Source: Phallusia mammillata
Taxonomy: Eukaryota
Assembly: GCA_965637545.1 (NCBI GenBank)
Contig: OZ281497.1
Coordinates: 15,376,001-15,440,000, forward strand
Direction of reading: 5' to 3'
DNA length: 64,000 nucleotides
In this document: positions 56,933 to 64,000 of the stretch, in pieces
How positions within the stretch are numbered: the stretch's first letter is position 1
How the letters are laid out: each line of letters opens with the position of its first letter
Made by a program: the position numbers and the translations under genes
Notes under the pieces: model-generated
The model's database searches: none
The model's input: only the letters and a program-made list of their open reading frames with translations
What the model was told of the DNA's origin: nothing

Positions 56933-58095
56933 TCTTTATAATGCTTTAGCTGATCATCACTCATCAATTCCTTCTACAATTGACTGCAAATAGTAATGTA
57001 TGATCACATTTTATGAGAATAATGTTGTTGACCAAAATATAACATTAAGGTAAACACAAAAACAAAACAAGCAGAAACATTGGGGTCGGGTGTACTTATT
57101 TGAGAATATAAAACTTAGCGATCACTTTGACCTAATACAAACAAACTGAGGGCAAGTTAAGACAACAAAAATATGTAGTATGGTATTGAAAAGCTAATCA
57201 ACAAAAAGCTACCTTTTAGGTGTTGTTTTCGTTTGTCAATCGAACACTGCATCCACAAAACACAAATGACGTAATGTTGCTGGTCGAGTTCAGCGAAGCA
57301 TGCAAACCTAACCTATAAAAATCATAAATCTGAGCAGGACAGAGTTTTTGAACGAAATCCTTTTCTCGTTTGCTGGCAGGCATAACGCTATGTGTTCTTT
57401 CACCAAGCTAAATAAACTCAACTCACATTTTTAGACCTGTAACTTGACGTTTTGAGTTTTGACACAAAATTGCTTTGAATTCCTAAATCAAAGATGGTCT
57501 GACAAAGAAAGTACTTGAAATAAAAACAAAACAGGGCGTTCTGCTCTACCACTTACGCTACAAGCAAGGATTTTGAAAAATTGAAAATACATGATACGAC
57601 ACTGTCTTTCATTATTTTCATATAAGTCACATTGAAGTTCTTGCATGTCTTTATCTGTGCTGGTAAATCGGTGTTTACAGTCGAGATGTTTATTTCATTG
57701 TAAAACCACATTGGCCAACCAGTTGTACATAATTTTTTTGGCACTTGAAAATGAAATTGATATGTTGTTCATGTACAAAACATTTTAGCATTGTCAATCT
57801 TGTTAAACCCGAAGTAAGACAAGTCGCACAACTGCAAATTCGCTTTGATACAAAAGGCAGGAGACACATAAAAGCAACAAAAAAGATAATAAAAAAAAAG
57901 GTTTGCGCAGGGTAAGACTTTGATTTGTGCATTTGACGCCATTTGAATACTTCAAAATTATAATTTGGGGGTATTTTAAAATACCACTTTAGGTAACATG
58001 ACAAAGTTGTGTCATGCTCGAGCCAGCGCACTTGGTGAAAAGCAACCAATGGACGCTTGAACATCATCTTCAGGGCATTGGTGACAGTTTATTAA

Positions 58096-61000
58096 TCAGG
58101 TAAGCGGCATTTTATTACCTTCGAGACTTATACCGACAGCACGTTGCATTTTACTGTTCTTACGGCGCTCTGCAAAGTTTTTAATATGCTTCTCCAGGCG
58201 TTCATCCTTACGGGACTTCGACTTGCCACGTTTCTTGTAGCCTCCATCGTCGTCTTCGTTATCAGCATCAACGTTCCACTTCGGCCTCACAACATAGTCT
58301 TTATGTGAGGGCATTGGGACTCGAGCCCTCATAACAAATCCTCGGTCACCAGGACGAAGCGGCTCCTGGTCTTGTGCCGGGTTGGAGCCATCCCTACCTG
58401 CCTCCGGTTGTCCAGTACTTAACCTACGTCGCTTAGCTTGTGGCATTTGTTCCAGATCTCTCTGCTCGCGTTCTGAAACACGTTTCAAGTTACAGATATG
58501 CGGTAATTAATTAAATATGCATATAGAAGCGAGAAAAAATACGGAGAAAGACAATTTGTGCCCCGGGATGATGACCCATTGTTTCAGTCATAGCATCCCA
58601 AATCTCTGCTAAAAAAACAACAAAGCAATACTGCACAAGCAAAAACATATTTCAGCAAAAAAATCGTATAGGAGCAAATGTTTTCGAGGTAATTTATTAC
58701 GGGTGCTTACCTCCTCTGCTCATGCTTTTAAAGTTGTCGTTGAGACCGAATATGGGCCTTGACCATTTGTTAATAAGTCGTCCAGCTGATTCACGGTTAT
58801 GTCGTGTTTCGCGGGGATGTTTAAATAAAATCATCACAGAACGACCGATCCCGCTGGATTTTAGTGTTTCCTACACACACAAAATCATCCAGTTAAGTTA
58901 TCAGTTTATGCATTCACCGTCAACATAGCAACACTTTTTGAGAACAAACAGTTCCACTTCGTCAACAATTGGCATTGGTCTGTGGCGGTATTCCCACTAC
59001 GGAAGCCTATAAGGGGCTGGGACTATGCCAAATAACTGAGCAGAAAGCATCCTGGGCAAAACCAGAGAAAGCGAACCCTGTCCTTGGCGCTTACTTATGG
59101 TAGGGGTTCACCGTAACGATCTTAGGCACTACGTTTAAAGCTGAGATTTGAGGCAAAAACATCGCACATGCGACGAATAAACGAGACACAAAATTGGAAA
59201 TCCATTAAATGCTTACCGCACTAACTGGTGGCATGTCATGTAGAATTTTGAGTAGTTCAGTTCTGATGCTTAAATGAGGAAGACTGCGATCTGGAAGCAA
59301 AGATAACCAGTCGGCAATTGCAGCCACCATTCCCATGTCTACAAATGCTTCCTTAAGATCCTGCGAAAAGCAAAGACATTTTTACCTATTGCAATGGAGG
59401 TAAAATCACCCTAAAGAATATCAAGTAAATTGATTTATTTTGTCGCTTGCCTGTTTGGTCAAGTGTCGAACTACTGTTTGCAGCATTTTTAACTTTTTCA
59501 AAGCAGGTTTTCTTGACCGGTTCGCCTCCTTGTCTGCATCCGCAGCTTCTTTCATTTTGAGAAGCATTGCACTTATAATGTCATCAGAATCTGAAATCAT
59601 TGTCCCTCCATCTCGCCTTCGCCTGTCCTTCCTATGTGCAGAATGGTCAGCAAATATGATTAAATTCTGCACATTAAAAAATTGTTTAACAAAATATTAC
59701 CTTTCTGCCTTCTTCTTCTGCATCATAATGTCAAAATCATAAACCAAACCAGATTCCTTGGAATCTTGAATTCCTTCATCTGAATCATATCCAACAGGCT
59801 CCTCAGCAGTTGCTGGGGGCTCATCTAAACAATTCAAAAGTGTTTAAAGAAATCAAAAGTTAGTTATCGGACATTCCTTTTTACCTTGGTCATCTTCATC
59901 TGAGTCTGAAATAATTGCTCCATGTGGTTTTCCGGTTTTTACATCATCTTCACCAAATCCCGTGAATTCCTCGTTTTCATCATCACTTTCACCAAAGATG
60001 TCATGGATAAGATTTCCAACACCTTCCCCTTAAAGGAAATAAGTTAAAATTCCTTAGGTACTAAAAAGCTTTTACAAGTTGGAACAATTTTGGAAATCTA
60101 TTCAGATCAGCAAAAAAAGTGAATATTTAATTTTGTCTATAAAACCAATCTTGTCTTCAACGAGTAAAACAATAATGTTTAATTTTAAATTGACAAAAAA
60201 CATCAAAAAAATTGTAATGTTTACCTTTTTCTGGTTCTTCTTCACTTTCCGAATCAAACATTTTGGCTATTTCTGCATGACTGGGTGGGGCTGATTTTTC
60301 TGTGGGAATTTGTACGAATAAAAAAACTGGCATTTCAAATAAAGAAACAAGCAAACATTTTACAAAGAATAAAACACTAAGAATATCTGCAAATAATTAC
60401 ATATTTCAAGTCACCTGATTCTTCTTTGGCTTGTACTTCTTCATCATCAGAATCTAAAAATTTAAATTTTACAAAAATATTATATACGTATATGGTATGA
60501 CCTGTAATAAAATAATAATGCACAAAAGAGAGTTGCATTCAATATCATTTATTGATATTAAAATGCTAACTCTGATTCTGTGTTAAGTTAAATTATTCAC
60601 CGTTTTAGTTAAATATTCAGTTTTGTTCAGTATATTTTAAAGGCAAGTAAAGTGCAACACTGGCTGTAACTACCTCGAAGGTCGTCATCAGAAACATGGC
60701 CGAGTTTTACTCCATCACTTCCAGTTTCTTCCACCTCTCCCTCTTCATCACTATTTGCAACATGCTGAGCAACATTTTCTTCTTCTGCATATTCATCTTG
60801 TTTTTCTTCCTCTACTTCCACAGCATCCTCATAAACATTGTCCTCTTCAGCCTCTACAGTTTCTTTTTGAACATCTACTGTCTCTCTAAACAAAGTAAGT
60901 TTGATTAGTAAAGATACATTTCCCTCTAATATATTTTAAGTAAAGTTTGGGGGTTAGTTGAAACATTTGGTCATGAAACTTAGTTGGGAAATTAACATCA

Positions 61001-62580
61001 AATTCAAGTGTTGACAAATTTATACTATGTTTGTTCAAATGACCAACTTTTGGCCTGTGACAAGTTCACTTAAAAACATTTGTCCTGCAAAAATTTTGAT
61101 GCATTTGTATTTTTATCTCCACAATGCGAAAAGCAATAAAAATGTAAGATTAATTTTTTTTAAACATAGTAGTCATCTTTATCGAACATCTTAACAGTTT
61201 GTCCAGAGTTACAACAAAAACTTACAACTCAGTGTCTCCTTCTGTGTTGATTTCACTGGATTGCATTTCATATTCTCCTTCAACAACTTCAGTGGTAGCT
61301 TCCCCTCCTTCATATTCATCCTGTGCCTCTTCCTCCACCTCAACATTCTCTATGTATCCCTGTTCAACTTCTTCGTCATACACTTGCTCAGAAGCATTCT
61401 CAGTAACTTCAAGTCTGTTAAAAAAACATGGTTAATAGAGCAATTCAATGGATAACATGGTCACCAGATGTTTGTTAAACTGATTTTAGGCCTATGAGGC
61501 ACAATTCTTAATAAAGGGAGCGATTTTAGGCCTATGAGGCACAATTCTTAATAAAGGGATTTTTTACTTGTTGGCATCAACTTTGAAGTCACTCACCAGT
61601 TCTCACACCAAACACGAAGTAACTACTATTATATAACTCTAATCATCCAGTATTTTCACACCCCTCATAAACAGTTCTTGCATGCCACACTAGGTTAAGA
61701 ACTCCCACTTTAATATAAAAGGAATTACTGGGCGCAATTTGCAATATCATACCCATCATTTGCTGTAGAAAATTCAGGTTCCATTTCTTCATCATCCACA
61801 GCTTCATTCTCTGCTTCAACAACATGTTCAGCAACTTCTTCACCCTCCTGATAAGATTCACCTTCTTCCTCAGGAAAAATAACAGCCTCTTCTTCTTCTT
61901 CAGGTTCATGTTCAGCATTTACAACTTCTGTTTCTGTGCAGATTCAAAAAAGTTTCCTACAGTTGATTCGTCATTAGGAATGTTAGAAAATGTGACATCC
62001 ACATTACTCACATTGTTACTGTTTCAAATACATTGCCATGTAGCAACATAATATAACAACAAATCTCATTTTGTGACTAAATTTGAACAGTAACTGTCGA
62101 TTTGTTTTGTTATTTTAACATTGAAGATAATGAAAAATCTTTGAAAAGCACAAAATAAAATAAATATGTTCTGATGCAAGATTGGTGTAGCACTCCAATA
62201 ATATGTTACTAACCATATTGACTTTCCACAGTCCCATCTTCCACTTCTTGATCATTTTCTAGAACATTTTCATTTTCTTGATACTGATCAATGTTGTCAT
62301 TTGGAGAATGCTCTGATTCTTCTTCCTCTACGGCATCATCATATTCATTCTCTTCTTCATGTGTTACTTCTTGGTTAATAGCATCATTTGTTTGAACAAG
62401 TGAGGCATCGGACTCAATCAACACTTCTTCATTAACATTAGAATCCTCAACATCATTTTCAGCAACAAGTTCTTCATTAACTTCTCCCATTAAAACTTCT
62501 TCATTAGTGTCCACATATTCTTCCTGGTTTGTTTCAACATGTTCTTCATTTTCAATTTCCTCTTGATATTGTTCATCCAT
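58096..62580 (-). CDS. IWS1: Transcription elongation factor IWS1 (Spn1) with long acidic N-terminus, 12 exons, ~730 aa
   Basis: Minus-strand exons 62214-62580, 61753-61933, 61226-61414, 60674-60885, 60415-60453, 60225-60299, 59885-60028, 59701-59824, 59451-59631, 59217-59360, 58711-58870, 58096-58472. Motifs [104 protein letters not shown]. Confidence 0.95.
61482..61559. repeat. Perfect 38-bp tandem duplication (40-bp period) in an IWS1 intron
   Basis: GATTTTAGGCCTATGAGGCACAATTCTTAATAAAGGGA at 61482-61519 and 61522-61559. Confidence 0.95.
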
Positions 62581-63403
62581 TTCAATTTAGAGAAGAGTTT
62601 TATTTAGGAAAACAAATTAATTTATTTGCTATACACTGTGTAAAAACTCTGCAAAGCAACATCTGGGCTTAAATTTATACAATTGTGTTTTTAAATTTAA
62701 CTTAAAGAAAACTAAAGGTAAGATTATTTAGAATGTTTGTTGCAGCATATTATTGGTAATTAGTACTGCTCCATTGCTCGGTCAGAATCCTAAATATCAT
62801 TTCTAAAAAATATATTTTATGTGTTAGTTCAGAAGTACAACAACAACCTTCAAAAACAGCAAATTTTTGAAAAAATAAAACTAATGAAGTTGAATACATA
62901 AAAAGATTCTAAACATGACACAAAAAGAACGCGGCTTGTTTACAAACAAAAATACCATTTCCCTGAACTTTAGCCAGTTGTTTACTGCACATTCACTATT
63001 TTACAAAACAAACACTACCTTTTGTTTGACACCTTTCCCCAAACCCAAAACCTCCCATCAAAAATGCTGGGCAGAACCTGCTGTTACTTTTAGTTTTTTT
63101 CAATTTATCAAGCCAAATTAAAAGCAATAAACGACAATGGATTTTCCGATTCTGATTTCTGACAGGAACCATAGACTACTTATAGTAGTCTATGCAGGAA
63201 CTGGTCAAAGTCACGGGTGAATAACCAGAATCACGCATGAGTGCACTCATTTTCCCACGGCCTTTCAAGCCAACAATAGCAGTAAAGGTCGTCGCGCAAA
63301 AACGGATTTAATGAATAGTGGGATTCTGGTATTGTAGTAAACTGCGTGGTTTTGTTTTGCTTTAGTCTGCAATTGATGTAGTATATTGTTTAATGCCAAA
63401 CAC
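62581..63403. promoter_or_regulatory. Probable bidirectional promoter region shared by head-to-head IWS1 and ALKBH7
   Basis: Divergent start codons about 820 bp apart; no intervening gene. Confidence 0.6.
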
Positions 63404-64000
63404 ATGAAGTGCTTGTCAGAGCTTTTGCACATACGGAGGAGTTGCTGGCAAAAGCTATTTGCGCAAAATTCATTCAAGCGTCCATTCAGTTCTATTAGTT
63501 ACCAGGAGCTGTTCGAATATTCATCAAAGAATGTGGAGAAAGACGCGAACGACGGGTGCGTAGTTTTGCCAAACTTTATAACTGAGGACGAAGAAAAATG
63601 TTTACTGAACGAAATTGAACCCAAATGGGGTAAATCTGTCTATCAAGAAGGACACTGGGATAATGTGGGTAAATTTCGTGAAATATATGTACCACTACCA
63701 AATCTGTTAAATTTCAATTTAAAATTGCTTATGTTTTTTTAGGCAATTCATTTGTTTCGCGAAGTTGAAGTTTCTAGTTGGTCAAGAATTAACTCAACCA
63801 TTGTGTCGAGAATTAAATCACATTCGTTTAATTTTAATGACACTATTCGTGATATGACCCATGTTCTTGATTTGTCAGCAACAGGTTTTATTAAACCACA
63901 TATCGATGCAGTTAAGGTAAATGCATTACATATACAATGCATTGTCAAATGATTCTTTGGTAAATGGAGATTTTTATTAGTTCTGTGGATACTGTATTGC
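63404..64000 (+). CDS. ALKBH7: Alpha-ketoglutarate-dependent dioxygenase ALKBH7, 5' part truncated by window end
   Basis: Exons 63404-63664, 63743-63916, 63981-end. Motifs [43 protein letters not shown] (HxD iron-binding motif). Confidence 0.9.

Overview
Compact, AT-rich animal genomic DNA with many 50-100 nt introns and deuterostome-like proteins; I infer an ascidian/tunicate but cannot prove it. Gene models were built by hand from splice sites, frame continuity and recalled family motifs; no database search was run. Gene order: CALHM-family channel with a long disordered tail (+, 1900-8143), an orphan basic/acidic protein directly downstream (+, operon-like), an intron-poor glutathione synthetase lacking part of its N-terminus (-), a ~20 kb gene-poor stretch, Prdm3/16 (MECOM/EVI1-PRDM16-like) copy A (+), ATPAF1 (+), Prdm3/16 copy B (+), TRIM23/ARD1 (-), IWS1 (-), and the 5' part of ALKBH7 (+). 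The most notable feature is an old tandem pair of apparently PR-domain-less Prdm3/16 genes flanking ATPAF1. They differ at the first surviving N-terminal zinc finger but share a collinear set of short linear motifs (LC8-like VQVD, IWxP[IL]LSP, CtBP PLDLS, and an N-terminal W.D..RAS..[FY].PYS). Several small non-autonomous mobile elements are also present.
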